From positions 2,184-66,183 of the forward strand of contig JAAZXC010000001.1 in NCBI GenBank assembly GCA_014240365.1: a stretch of 64,000 nucleotides of DNA. The letters are read 5' to 3'. Of this stretch, positions 52,179 through 61,087 are shown one piece after another. The notes under the pieces were generated by a model that had not been told where the DNA came from, ran no database searches, and was given only the letters and a program-made list of their open reading frames with translations. The translations under genes and the position numbers were made by a program. The DNA comes from Acidimicrobiales bacterium (GTDB lineage: Bacteria > Actinomycetota > Acidimicrobiia > Acidimicrobiales > MedAcidi-G1). Within the stretch, counting starts at the first letter, position 1. The number at the start of each line of letters is the position of its first letter.

Positions 52179-53381
52179 TCAGCGGAGGCGCTGTACGACC
52201 ATGGCCATGCCCTGGCCGCCGCCGACGCACATGGACTCCACGCCGAACTCGCCGTCGGTGTCCTCAAGGCCGTTGAGCAGGGTGGTCATGATGCGGGCGC
52301 CGGTCATGCCGAACGGATGGCCGAGGGCGATTGCCCCACCGTTCACGTTCAGCTTGTCCAGGTCGATGCCGATCACATCGGCTGACGGCAGCACCTGTGC
52401 GGCGAAGGCCTCGTTGATCTCGAACAGGTCGATGTCATCCGGCGTCATGCCTGCCCGACCGAGGGCCTGACGAATGGCCTCTATGGGTCCCAGCCCCATG
52501 ATCTCCGGGCTGAGTGCCGAGACGCCCGACGAGATGATCCTCGCCAGGGGCTTGATGCCCAACTCGGCTGCCCGGGTGTCGCTCATGACCACCACGGCGG
52601 CGGCCCCGTCGTTCAGGGGGCAGGCGTTGGCGGCCGTCACGGTGCCGTCGGGCCGAAACACCGGTGAGAGTTGCGAGACCTTCTCGTAGGTGGTTCCCGG
52701 GCGGATCCCGTCATCGGTGGAGACCACGGTGCCGTCCGGAAGCGTGTACGGGGCGATCTCGCGCTCGAAGAAGCCACGTGCCTGGGCGGCTTCGGCCCGG
52801 TTCTGGGAACGCACCCCCCACTCGTCCTGGGCCTGGCGTGACACGCCCATGTGCTCGGCCACGTTCTCGGCCGTCTGGCCCATGGCGATGTAGACGTCCG
52901 GCAGGCCCGTTGGAGGTGACCAGGTGCCGGTGCCCTCCCCGGTGCGTTCGGCGGTGCGGCCCTCGGCATCGCTGAAGCGCGGGTTGTGGGAACCGGTGTC
53001 GGATGCACCGAACTGGAAGCGACTCACGCACTCCACACCGCCGGACACGAAGGCATCGCCCTCGCCGGCCATGATGGCGTGCGCTGCCATCCGGATGGTC
53101 TGGAGCGATGACGAGCAGTACCGGTTCACGGTGGTGCCCGGGGCGTCCAGGCCGGCCAGCAGACCAGCCACGCGACCCAGGTTGTAGCCCTGCTCGCCGC
53201 CCGGCTGGGCGGTGCCCCAGATGACATCCTCGATCTGGTCGCGGGGGAGCTCCGGGACCTTGCCCAGGACCTCATTGATGATGAAGGCGGACATGTCGTC
53301 GGGACGGGCGTCCACGAAGCTGCCCTTTCCTGCACGACCGATGGCGGTACGACTGGTTGCGACGATTACGGCTTCGGCCAT
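52179..53381 (-). CDS. acetyl-CoA C-acyltransferase (thiolase)
   Basis: Start trimmed to ATG 53381 (MAEAVIVATSRTAIGRAGKGSF). Active-site Cys block is VNRYCSSSLQ. C-terminal thiolase signatures are NVNGGAIALGHPFG and CVGGGQG. Confidence 0.9.
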   Translation of the reverse strand: MAEAVIVATSRTAIGRAGKGSFVDARPDDMSAFIINEVLGKVPELPRDQIEDVIWGTAQPGGEQGYNLGRVAGLLAGLDAPGTTVNRYCSSSLQTIRMAAHAIMAGEGDAFVSGGVECVSRFQFGASDTGSHNPRFSDAEGRTAERTGEGTGTWSPPTGLPDVYIAMGQTAENVAEHMGVSRQAQDEWGVRSQNRAEAAQARGFFEREIAPYTLPDGTVVSTDDGIRPGTTYEKVSQLSPVFRPDGTVTAANACPLNDGAAAVVVMSDTRAAELGIKPLARIISSGVSALSPEIMGLGPIEAIRQALGRAGMTPDDIDLFEINEAFAAQVLPSADVIGIDLDKLNVNGGAIALGHPFGMTGARIMTTLLNGLEDTDGEFGVESMCVGGGQGMAMVVQRLR

Positions 53382-53507
53382 GGGAATGGTCCTCTCGCTG
53401 GTTGATATGTGCCGCGATGTCGCGGTCGATCGGTTACCGACAGGCAACCCTGTGAGCGCCGCTGAGCCTAATCCCGGGCCTGTCTGCGATCCCACCCGGG
53501 GCTTGGG

Positions 53508-54167
53508 TCAGCGCCTCCGCACCACCGAGACGCCATCTCCTATGGACAGCATCACCACATCCACGCGGTCGTCGGCCACCACGCGGGCGTTGAACTCCCG
53601 GAGGGCCACGGTGTCGTCATCGTCGGCCGACGGGTCCATGACCCGGCCGGACCACAGCACGTTGTCCACGACCAGGAGGCCGTGGTCCGAAAGGCGTGGG
53701 ACCAGTTCCTCGTAGTAGGCGAGGTAGCCGGTCTTGTCGGCGTCGATGAAGGCGAAATCGACCGGTGTGTCATCCGGCAGGGCACGAAGTGTCTGGATGG
53801 CTGGCGCTATCACCAGGTCGATCCGGTCCGAGACGCCGGCGGCCTCCCAGTGGCGTCTGGCAATGGCTGTCCACTCCTCGGAGACGTCGCAGCACAGCAG
53901 GCGTCCGCCGTCGGGTAGTGCCCGGGCTATGGCCAGTGAGGAGGTACCGGTGAAGGTGCCGACCTCGATGGCCAGTTGGGGCCGGACGGCAGAGACCAGC
54001 ATCGAGAGGAACATTCCCTGGTCCCTGGCGACCTGCATGCGTGCCACGCCACCGAGTTCCCCGGTGGTCTCTGACAGCGACGCGTCCACATCGTCGCCGG
54101 CGGTGGTGTGGTCCAGCACGTAGTCGTGCAGGTCCTCTCCCAGGAAGAAGGAACGGTGGTCGGCCAT
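53508..54167 (-). CDS. class I SAM-dependent O-methyltransferase (caffeoyl-CoA OMT-like, COG4122)
   Basis: 219 aa. Motifs are AIEVGTFTGTSSLAIARAL, LLCCDVSEEW, FAFIDADKTGY and LLVVDNVLW. Confidence 0.8.
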   Translation of the reverse strand: MADHRSFFLGEDLHDYVLDHTTAGDDVDASLSETTGELGGVARMQVARDQGMFLSMLVSAVRPQLAIEVGTFTGTSSLAIARALPDGGRLLCCDVSEEWTAIARRHWEAAGVSDRIDLVIAPAIQTLRALPDDTPVDFAFIDADKTGYLAYYEELVPRLSDHGLLVVDNVLWSGRVMDPSADDDDTVALREFNARVVADDRVDVVMLSIGDGVSVVRRR

Positions 54168-54187
54168 GATCTGTTCTCCTCTCGATT

Positions 54188-55897
54188 TCAGCGGCTGTCG
54201 GTGCCGCTACGAAGCACCCTGCCGGGTCGGGCACGGGTGAACGTTCCGGCCTCGACCACGTGAATGCCCGCCACGAGCACCTCGTCGATGCCGGAGGCGC
54301 CGGCGTAGAGGCGTGCGGCGCCTCCCGGCAGGTCGGGGCGCATGGTGACCGGGTTGGAGTCCACGGCGGTCTCGTCGATTAGCAGCACGTCGGCGTGGGC
54401 ACCCTCGTGGAGCCTTCCCCGGTCCACGAGGCCGTACAGGTCCGCCTGGACTGCGGTCATGAGGTGCACCGCCTCCTCCAGTTCCAGCAGGCCGTGCTGC
54501 CTGACCGGCTCGGCCAGGACCCTGGTGGGGTAGTTGAAGGTGGCAAGCAGGTCCAGGTGGGCTCCGGCGTCGGAGGCACCTATGACCGCACGGCCGTCCC
54601 GCCAGATCCTCACCCTTGCCTCCCAGTCCTCGCGGCTGGAGGGTTCATCGGCCCGTCCGAAGGAGGTCTGCAGTTCGTCTGCGAGTGCAATGTCGAGCAG
54701 GGCGTCGAACGGGTCGCAGCCCAGTTCGGCGGCGATGTGTGCCACCGTGCGCCCGTCGAAACGGGAGTTCACCGGGTTCACGGTGTCAAAGATGGTCAGC
54801 GCACCCCAGTTGGCGAGGCGTCGCAGCGGGTGGTCGCCCTGGGCCAGGGCGTCCAGCCGCCTGCGCTGCACGGGGTCGGCCAGGATCCGCTTCTTCTCTT
54901 CGCGGGGAAGGAACATGACGTCGGCCCAGCCCGGGATGGCATCGAGCACGAAGCCGCTGGCGAACGAGAGCCGGGCGGCGATGAGCATCGGCACGGTGAG
55001 GGCCACCACCTTGGCGCCCCGCTCGGCAGCATGGGTTCCAGCCTCCAGCTTCAGTAGGCACTCATCGACGTTTCCTGCGGTGACCTGCATGACGTTCCAG
55101 TTGAGCTGTCGGCCGCCGGCAGCCAGGGACATGTCGGTGAGGAGTTGACGCGATTCGGAGTCGACGGGTCCGCCGATTCCGGGCAGGAATTCGAGGCCTG
55201 TGCCGGGGAAGTCGACCAGCACAGAGCAGAGGTCGATGAGCTCGCTGCGTGATGCGTGCCGACTGGGCACGGGTCGGCCATCGGCGTCGTTGTGGGTGGT
55301 GGACCAGGTCGATGAGAATCCCATTGCACCGGCGGCCAGGCCCGCCCGCAGTAGGTCGGCCATGGCGGCAACCTCGGCGTCGGTGGCTTCGCGCAGTACT
55401 GCGTCCTCGCCCATGACGACACGTCGTAGTGCAGAGTGCCCGACCTTGTAGCCGGCGTTGATCGCCAGCAGTGGGTCAACGGCATCGAGGAACTCGGCTG
55501 TGCTCTTCCAGTCCCAGGGCACGCCCTCGAGGAGGGATTCCAGCGGCATGCCCTCCACCCGCGACAGCATCCTCATGAGGTACTCGCCGTCGGCCGGGTC
55601 ATCGGAGAGCGGGGCGATGGTGAAGCCGCAGTTTCCGCCGATGACCGTCGTGACGCCGTGCAGGGGCGAGGGGCTGAGGGTGCCGTCCCAGAATGGCTGG
55701 GCGTCGTAGTGGGTGTGGACGTCCACGAATCCGGGACACACGATCCGTCCGTCGGCATCCAGCACCGTCGCACCGGCGGTGTCCAGGTCCGGGCCGATGT
55801 CGGTGATGCGCCCATCCACGATGCCCACGTCGGCTCGACGCCGTGGACCGCCGTCGCCGTCCACGACCCAGCCTCCCCGGATCAAGGTGTCGAACAT
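54188..55897 (-). CDS. amidohydrolase-3 family protein (N-acyl-D-amino-acid deacylase / D-aminoacylase-like)
   Basis: Start trimmed to ATG 55897 (MFDTLIRGGWVVDGDG...). The metal HxH motif is in GFVDVHTHYD. Distal motifs are SDAGAH and GRLHEGAHADVLLID. Confidence 0.75.
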   Translation of the reverse strand: MFDTLIRGGWVVDGDGGPRRRADVGIVDGRITDIGPDLDTAGATVLDADGRIVCPGFVDVHTHYDAQPFWDGTLSPSPLHGVTTVIGGNCGFTIAPLSDDPADGEYLMRMLSRVEGMPLESLLEGVPWDWKSTAEFLDAVDPLLAINAGYKVGHSALRRVVMGEDAVLREATDAEVAAMADLLRAGLAAGAMGFSSTWSTTHNDADGRPVPSRHASRSELIDLCSVLVDFPGTGLEFLPGIGGPVDSESRQLLTDMSLAAGGRQLNWNVMQVTAGNVDECLLKLEAGTHAAERGAKVVALTVPMLIAARLSFASGFVLDAIPGWADVMFLPREEKKRILADPVQRRRLDALAQGDHPLRRLANWGALTIFDTVNPVNSRFDGRTVAHIAAELGCDPFDALLDIALADELQTSFGRADEPSSREDWEARVRIWRDGRAVIGASDAGAHLDLLATFNYPTRVLAEPVRQHGLLELEEAVHLMTAVQADLYGLVDRGRLHEGAHADVLLIDETAVDSNPVTMRPDLPGGAARLYAGASGIDEVLVAGIHVVEAGTFTRARPGRVLRSGTDSR

Positions 55898-56123
55898 AAG
55901 TGCTCCGTTCTCGTGACGCCGTGGCCTCGCCCTGTGGCGTCGTGACCTGCAGGAACCCGAAGTGTCGCCCAACACTGTGCGGGCGTCCAACCGTCAGGGC
56001 CGGGTGGGGGGCCGAACGGGACGCTTCGGTACCCTCTCGACAGAACATCTGACGTCGTGTCAGGTGCCCGGGGCCGGTCCCGGGCGCTGCGGCGCCGGAT
56101 CTGCACCAGGGAGAACCAGCGTC

Positions 56124-57596
56124 ATGCGCGAGATCGCCGACATCGATCCCCAGCAGGAATGGAAGCTCCTGGTCGGAGGGGAGTGGACGTCCACGTCGGG
56201 CACCTACGAGATCGTGGATCCCAACACCACGGCCGTGGTGGGCCACGCCCCCGACGGGACGGTTGCCGACGCCGAAGCGGCCATCGCAGCGGCGAAGGGC
56301 GCCCTTCCGGACTGGAGGGACACTTCGCCGGTGGAGCGTGGAGCGATGCTGGGCCGCCTCGCCGAGGTGCTCCGCGAGCGGGCGCCCACCTGGTCGGCGC
56401 TGGTCCAGGCCGAGACGGGCGCCACCATCAAGGTGGCCGAGTCCATGCAGGTCGGACCGAACCTCGCTGACCGCTACGCCCAGTACTCCGTCCCCCGCGA
56501 CCTGGACAGGGCCGAGCTGCCGGTCACCCAGGCCGCATCGGCACTGGGCCCGGCGGGTCTGATCGGAGCGGTCTCACATCGTCAGCCGGTCGGCGTGGTC
56601 GCCTGCATCACCTCCTACAACTTCCCCCTCGTGAACGTGGCCGGCAAGTTGGCACCGGCGCTGGCCATGGGCAACACCTGCATCATCAAGCCGGCTCCGC
56701 AGGACCCGTTGGGCGTGCTGCGGCTGGGTGAGGCGGTGGTCGAGGCCGGCTTCCCGCCCGGCGTGGTGAACATTCTGACCAGCTCGGGGGTGGATGCCTC
56801 CGCCGCCCTCGTCGCATCGCCGGACGTGAATATGGTCAGCTTCACCGGATCGTCGGCTGTGGGCAAGCGGATCATGGCTGACGGTGCGGCATCCATGACC
56901 CGGGTGCTGATGGAGCTGGGCGGCAAGGGCGCCATGGTCATGACCGAGGATGCCGACGTGAACGCAGCCGTCGGGGCGATCGCCAGCGTCTGGGGCTTCC
57001 ACAGTGGCCAGATATGCACGGCACCCACCCGGGTGATCTGCCATCGCAGCATCTATGACCAGCTGGTCTCCACACTGCAGTCGGTGGCCGGGATGCTCAA
57101 GGTCGGCGATGCCACCGAGGGCGACACCATCGTCGGCCCTCTGGTCTCTGAACGCCAGCGCGACAGCGTGGAGGCATTCATCCGCAACGGGGTGGACGCC
57201 GGCGCCACGCTGGTGTGCGGAGGGGACCGTCCGGACCTGCCCGGCTACTTCGTAGCCCCGACCCTGCTGGCCGACTGCACCACGGACATGCACGTCGTGC
57301 GCGAGGAGGCGTTCGGCCCGGTGGTGGTCGTGCTGCCACACGACGGCGATGACGAGGCGGTGGCTATCGCCAACGATTCGGCGTACGGGCTCTACAGCTA
57401 CGTCTACGCCGGCGACATGGCCCGCGCCTACCGCATTGCCCGGCGCCTGGAGTCTGGCAACGTGGCACTGAACAGCATCGTTCCCCACCCGAACGCGCCC
57501 TTCGGCGGGTTCAAGGAGTCCGGGATCGGCCGTGACCGTGGCATCGCCGGCCTCGAGGCCTACAGCGAGGTCCAGGCGATCTCGTGGATGGCCTGA
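56124..57596 (+). CDS. NAD(P)-dependent aldehyde dehydrogenase
   Basis: Start trimmed to ATG 56124, after GGGAGA. Motifs are FTGSSAVGKRI, ELGGKGA, the catalytic Cys in HSGQICTAPTR and EEAFGPV. Confidence 0.9.
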   Translation: MREIADIDPQQEWKLLVGGEWTSTSGTYEIVDPNTTAVVGHAPDGTVADAEAAIAAAKGALPDWRDTSPVERGAMLGRLAEVLRERAPTWSALVQAETGATIKVAESMQVGPNLADRYAQYSVPRDLDRAELPVTQAASALGPAGLIGAVSHRQPVGVVACITSYNFPLVNVAGKLAPALAMGNTCIIKPAPQDPLGVLRLGEAVVEAGFPPGVVNILTSSGVDASAALVASPDVNMVSFTGSSAVGKRIMADGAASMTRVLMELGGKGAMVMTEDADVNAAVGAIASVWGFHSGQICTAPTRVICHRSIYDQLVSTLQSVAGMLKVGDATEGDTIVGPLVSERQRDSVEAFIRNGVDAGATLVCGGDRPDLPGYFVAPTLLADCTTDMHVVREEAFGPVVVVLPHDGDDEAVAIANDSAYGLYSYVYAGDMARAYRIARRLESGNVALNSIVPHPNAPFGGFKESGIGRDRGIAGLEAYSEVQAISWMA

Positions 57597-57668
57597 CGGT
57601 CTCGCTGTCGGTAACGGCCCGGGTACTAGGTTCTTCGTAGCGACAACCCCCTGAGTTGAGGAGACGAG

Positions 57669-58121
57669 ATGCTTGAAGTTGGAACCACGGCTCCGGGCTT
57701 CGCCGTGCCTGACCAGGACGGTCAGGTCGTGACCCTGGAGAGCCTGCGTGGCCACTGGGTGGCCCTCTGGTGGTATCCGGTGGCGTCCACCCCCGGTTGA
57801 ACGATTCAGGGCGGCGGGTTCCGTGACCGAACCCCGGACTATGAATCAGCCGACGCGGTGATCGTCGGCGCCAGCTTCGACACCGTCGAGGCGCAGAAGA
57901 ACTTCGCCGACGAGCAGGGCTTTGGGTACCGCCTGCTGGCCGACACCGACAAGGTGATGGGTGCGGCCTATCTGGCCGTACAGGAGGACAAGTTCTACCC
58001 GCGACGCATCAGCTACCTGATCGACCCCGAGGGCATCATCGTCCGCACCTACGACCTTGCAGGTGAGGACCTCAACGAACACGCTTCGGCCGTCCTGGAA
58101 GACATCCGGGCACTCTCCTGA
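57669..58121 (+). CDS. bcp: Bcp/PrxQ-type peroxiredoxin with in-frame TGA (57798-57800) at the peroxidatic-Cys position: candidate selenoprotein (alternatively a nonsense pseudogene)
   Basis: ATG 57669 lies 5 nt after GAGGAGA. Translation is MLEVGTTAPGFAVPDQDGQVVTLESLRGHWVALWWYPVASTPG[TGA]TIQGGGFRD...AVIVGASFDT...FGYRLLADTD...YPRRISYLIDPEG.... The PxxxTxxC motif of peroxiredoxins reads P-VAS-T-PG-[TGA] here. The frame stays open with coding GC3 to the stop at 58121. Confidence 0.6.
57816..57834 (+). promoter_or_regulatory. candidate bacterial SECIS-like hairpin downstream of the in-frame TGA
   Basis: GGGUUC-CGUGACC-GAACCC is a 6-bp stem with a 7-nt apical loop carrying GU at loop positions 2-3. 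The stem starts 15 nt after the TGA. Confidence 0.35.
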
Positions 58122-58143
58122 GCCTCCTGGTGGGTTGGTCGGG

Positions 58144-59355
58144 ATGGTGACCGGCCCGTTGGAGGGCCTGTCGGTCGTGGAGGGCACGGCCTTCGTGGCC
58201 GCGCCGTCCGGCGGGATGACGTTGGCCCAGCTGGGTGCCGATGTCATCCGTTTCGACCAGGTGGGTGGTGGCCTGGACCATCGCCGTTGGCCGCTGACAA
58301 AAGACGGTGTCAGCCTCTACTGGAACGGCCTGAACCGGGGCAAGCGTTCGCTGGCCGTGAACCTGCGGGATCCGGAGGTGACCGAGCTGCTGGCCGAGTT
58401 GATTGCCCGGGCCGGCAACTTCCTCACCAACTTCCCGCCGGTGGGGTGGATGTCCTACGAGGAGCTGCGGTCCCGCCGCGAGGACCTGGTGATGCTCGTC
58501 ATCACCGGCTCGCATGATGGCACAAGCGCTCTGGACTACACGATCAACTGCGCGGTCGGTTATCCGGCCATGACCGGCCACCCGGACGATCCGCGCCCGG
58601 TGAACAACGTCGTCCCGGCATGGGATCTGGTCTGCGGGCAGATGGCGGCACTCGGCCTGGTGGCTGCCGATCGGCACCGCTATCGGACAGGCGAGGGTCA
58701 GCAGGTCACGATTGCGCTGTCCGACGTGGCGCTGGCCACGGTGGGATCCCTGGGGAACCTGGCTGAAGCGCAGGTCAACGGCCAGGTCCGCGGCCGGGTC
58801 GGCAATGCCATCTACGGGGCCTTCGGGCGGGACTTCAAGACGGCGGATGACCGGCGGGTGATGGTGGTTGCGATCACCCCGAAGCAGTGGCGGGGCCTGC
58901 TGGAGGTGACCGGCATGGAGGCCGAGGTTGCCGCCCTCGCCGCGGAACTGGGCGTGGACTTCGCCGACGAGGGCGCCAGGTACGGGGCCACCGGTCGACT
59001 CTGCGACCTGTTCGATCCATGGTTCGCTCAACGCACCCTCGCCGAGGTGGCCAGCGGGCTGGATGCAAACGCGGTGTGCTGGGGCCCGTACCGGACGGTC
59101 GCCGAACTGTTGGACGAGGACCCCCGGTGCTCTACGACCAACCCGCTGTTCGCCGAGCTTGACCAGCCGGGTGTGGGGACCCACCTTGTTCCCGGATCCC
59201 CGCTGGCCTTCGGCGGGAGCGCTGCCGACAGGGGCGCACAGGTGGCGCCGCTGCTGGGCCAGCACACCGTGGAGATCCTGACCCTTGACCTGGGCCTCAC
59301 CTCGGCTGAGGTGGGGGCACTCATCGACCGTGGAGCGGTGGCGACAGCCGACTGA
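58144..59355 (+). CDS. family III CoA-transferase (CaiB/BaiF family)
   Basis: Start trimmed to ATG 58144 (MVTGPLEGLSVVEGTAFVAAPSGGMTLAQLGADVIRFD). Typical block is NRGKRSLAVNLRDPE, with a conserved Asp region. Confidence 0.85.
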   Translation: MVTGPLEGLSVVEGTAFVAAPSGGMTLAQLGADVIRFDQVGGGLDHRRWPLTKDGVSLYWNGLNRGKRSLAVNLRDPEVTELLAELIARAGNFLTNFPPVGWMSYEELRSRREDLVMLVITGSHDGTSALDYTINCAVGYPAMTGHPDDPRPVNNVVPAWDLVCGQMAALGLVAADRHRYRTGEGQQVTIALSDVALATVGSLGNLAEAQVNGQVRGRVGNAIYGAFGRDFKTADDRRVMVVAITPKQWRGLLEVTGMEAEVAALAAELGVDFADEGARYGATGRLCDLFDPWFAQRTLAEVASGLDANAVCWGPYRTVAELLDEDPRCSTTNPLFAELDQPGVGTHLVPGSPLAFGGSAADRGAQVAPLLGQHTVEILTLDLGLTSAEVGALIDRGAVATAD

Positions 59356-59376
59356 GTTCTGTGACGCTCCGGGCCG

Positions 59377-60375
59377 TCAGGCGCCCCAGGTCACGACACG
59401 CCAGTCCAGGACCGGGGTTACCTCGCCTCTACTGTCGCTGTCAACCTCGACCCGCACGGCCCGGAGTCGGCCGCCGGCAGCGGGCCGCTCGTCGAGCAGC
59501 GTGTGGTGGCAGGCCAGCACGTCGCCCTCGAACACGGGGCCCAGGTGATCGCAGGCCTGCCAACCGAGCACCGTGGCCGTGTCGGGCAGCATCCGGACGA
59601 GGGAGGCCTGGGCCAGCCCGATCGTGTGCCCCCCGTATACGAGTCGCCGGCCCTCGGGCCCCAGCGCCGGATCACGGTGTACCGGAGCCTGGTTCTGGGT
59701 CAGGCGGGCGAGTTCCGTGGCGAGGCCGACGGTGTCGCGCAGCATGTCGCTGCGGCGGACTCCCACCCGCCAGTCCCTGACTGCCGCGTGGCCCAGCGGG
59801 GTGGGGTCCCAGTCGGAGGGGATCCGGCCCTCCCAGTCGTCCAGGTCGATGCGGGTGTCGACGGCTCCCAGGTCGGCGTCGTGGCCGGTCACCGTCGTGG
59901 CATCCCGGAATCGCAGCATCGCGCAGCGCTCGTAGTCGGCCACGGTTGCTCCGTCGTCGATCCGCACGGTGTGGATGCCCAGCAGGGCCAGGCCGCGGGC
60001 GGGCCGGTCGTCGCGTCGGCTCAGCTCGGAGAGGGCCCTGACCTCGACGGTGGTCTGCAGGGTCTCACCGTGACGGACCGGTCGGTGTAGGACGACGCCC
60101 CGGTAGAAGAGGTTGGCGATCACGCGACGGGTTGCCACCGTGCTCTGGCCGATCGACACGTGCAGGACCAGCGCCGGGTTGACCAGGGCGCCTGGCTGTC
60201 CTGTGACCGCTTCGGCCAGCGGGTGGCTCAGGGAGGTGGCCAGGGGGTCGCCGCAGATGGCCTGGTAGAGGGCTGCTTCCCCGGGCCCGATCGTGACGGC
60301 TGGTGCCGGAGCGAGGGTCTGTCCGACGACGAGGTCGTCGAAGTAGGGGCCGGGATCGTGGTCCTCGTGCTCCAT
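59377..60375 (-). CDS. MaoC-like (R)-specific hydratase/dehydratase, double hot-dog fold
   Basis: Start placed at ATG 60375 (MEHEDHDPGPYFDDLVVGQTL...); the track start at 60474 adds a low-complexity N-terminus. Two hot-dog-like halves, the second carrying NQAPVHRD...YGGHTIGLA. Confidence 0.7.
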   Translation of the reverse strand: MEHEDHDPGPYFDDLVVGQTLAPAPAVTIGPGEAALYQAICGDPLATSLSHPLAEAVTGQPGALVNPALVLHVSIGQSTVATRRVIANLFYRGVVLHRPVRHGETLQTTVEVRALSELSRRDDRPARGLALLGIHTVRIDDGATVADYERCAMLRFRDATTVTGHDADLGAVDTRIDLDDWEGRIPSDWDPTPLGHAAVRDWRVGVRRSDMLRDTVGLATELARLTQNQAPVHRDPALGPEGRRLVYGGHTIGLAQASLVRMLPDTATVLGWQACDHLGPVFEGDVLACHHTLLDERPAAGGRLRAVRVEVDSDSRGEVTPVLDWRVVTWGA

Positions 60376-60725
60376 GTGGCCCAGTTTGTCCGCGTTGGCT
60401 TCGCTGTCCACGTTGTCCGCATTGGCGGGAGCGTTGTCGGGCACGGTGCCACTCTGGCAGCCCCGGGTGGGCAATGCGTGATCCGGGTGGAGGGGTGGCC
60501 CGGCGGGTCAGGTCGTCTTATTACCCGCTGGTCATCGTGGGCAGGCATCCAGAAGGGGTGAAACAATCTCTATAATAGATAGGTAGGTTCTCTAACAATC
60601 ATCGCGAAACACTGGAGCGCGACGGATGGGATTCCTACGATCTCAGGACAGGCGAGTTTGATGGCATCCGCGGAGGGGCAATCCGTCCTATCCGGTCGAG
60701 ATGTCCGAGGGGAACAGAGGCAACC

Positions 60726-61064
60726 GTGTCAGATGCAGTGGTGAACCTTTACGTTGACTCCCAGGCGATGAACTGGGTGGATGACGCACTGTGCGTCGGC
60801 CGCAGCGACCAGTTCTTCGCCCCCTTCGCCGAGCGCCCCGAAGCCAGGGTCCGCCGCGAGGCGCGTGCCGCAGAACTCTGCGCCGCATGTCCGGCCATGT
60901 ACTCCTGCCGTGAGTACGCCCGCGAGAACCGTGAGTTGGGATTCTGGGGCGGAGAGTCTGAGGCCGAGCGGGCCACCGCCGGATTCGCCCCGACCACCCC
61001 CATCATCGGGCGACGCCAGGTGGCCGCACGTCGTGCCGCTGCTGCACTCGCCGAGGCCGGCTGA
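60726..61064 (+). CDS. WhiB-family (Wbl) Fe-S transcriptional regulator
   Basis: 112 aa with a GTG start. The four Cys pattern is C(23)...C-AA-C-PAMYS-C, followed by the GFWGGES turn and a basic C-terminus. Confidence 0.8.
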   Translation: MSDAVVNLYVDSQAMNWVDDALCVGRSDQFFAPFAERPEARVRREARAAELCAACPAMYSCREYARENRELGFWGGESEAERATAGFAPTTPIIGRRQVAARRAAAALAEAG

Positions 61065-61087
61065 AGCCCAGAGCACACGCCGCCCGG

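Noticed and set aside
57858-58121. The 87-aa track ORF as an independent gene.
   Set aside because: It is the C-terminal half of a thioredoxin-fold Bcp/PrxQ and would lack the active site. The same frame, read through the TGA at 57798, gives a full-length peroxiredoxin with a strong SD and ATG at 57669.
60626-60661. An 11-codon uORF (MGFLRSQDRRV) in the Wbl leader, as a regulatory leader peptide.
   Set aside because: It has no Shine-Dalgarno sequence, no codon-bias signal, and no associated terminator or antiterminator structure. It is mentioned only as part of the leader description.
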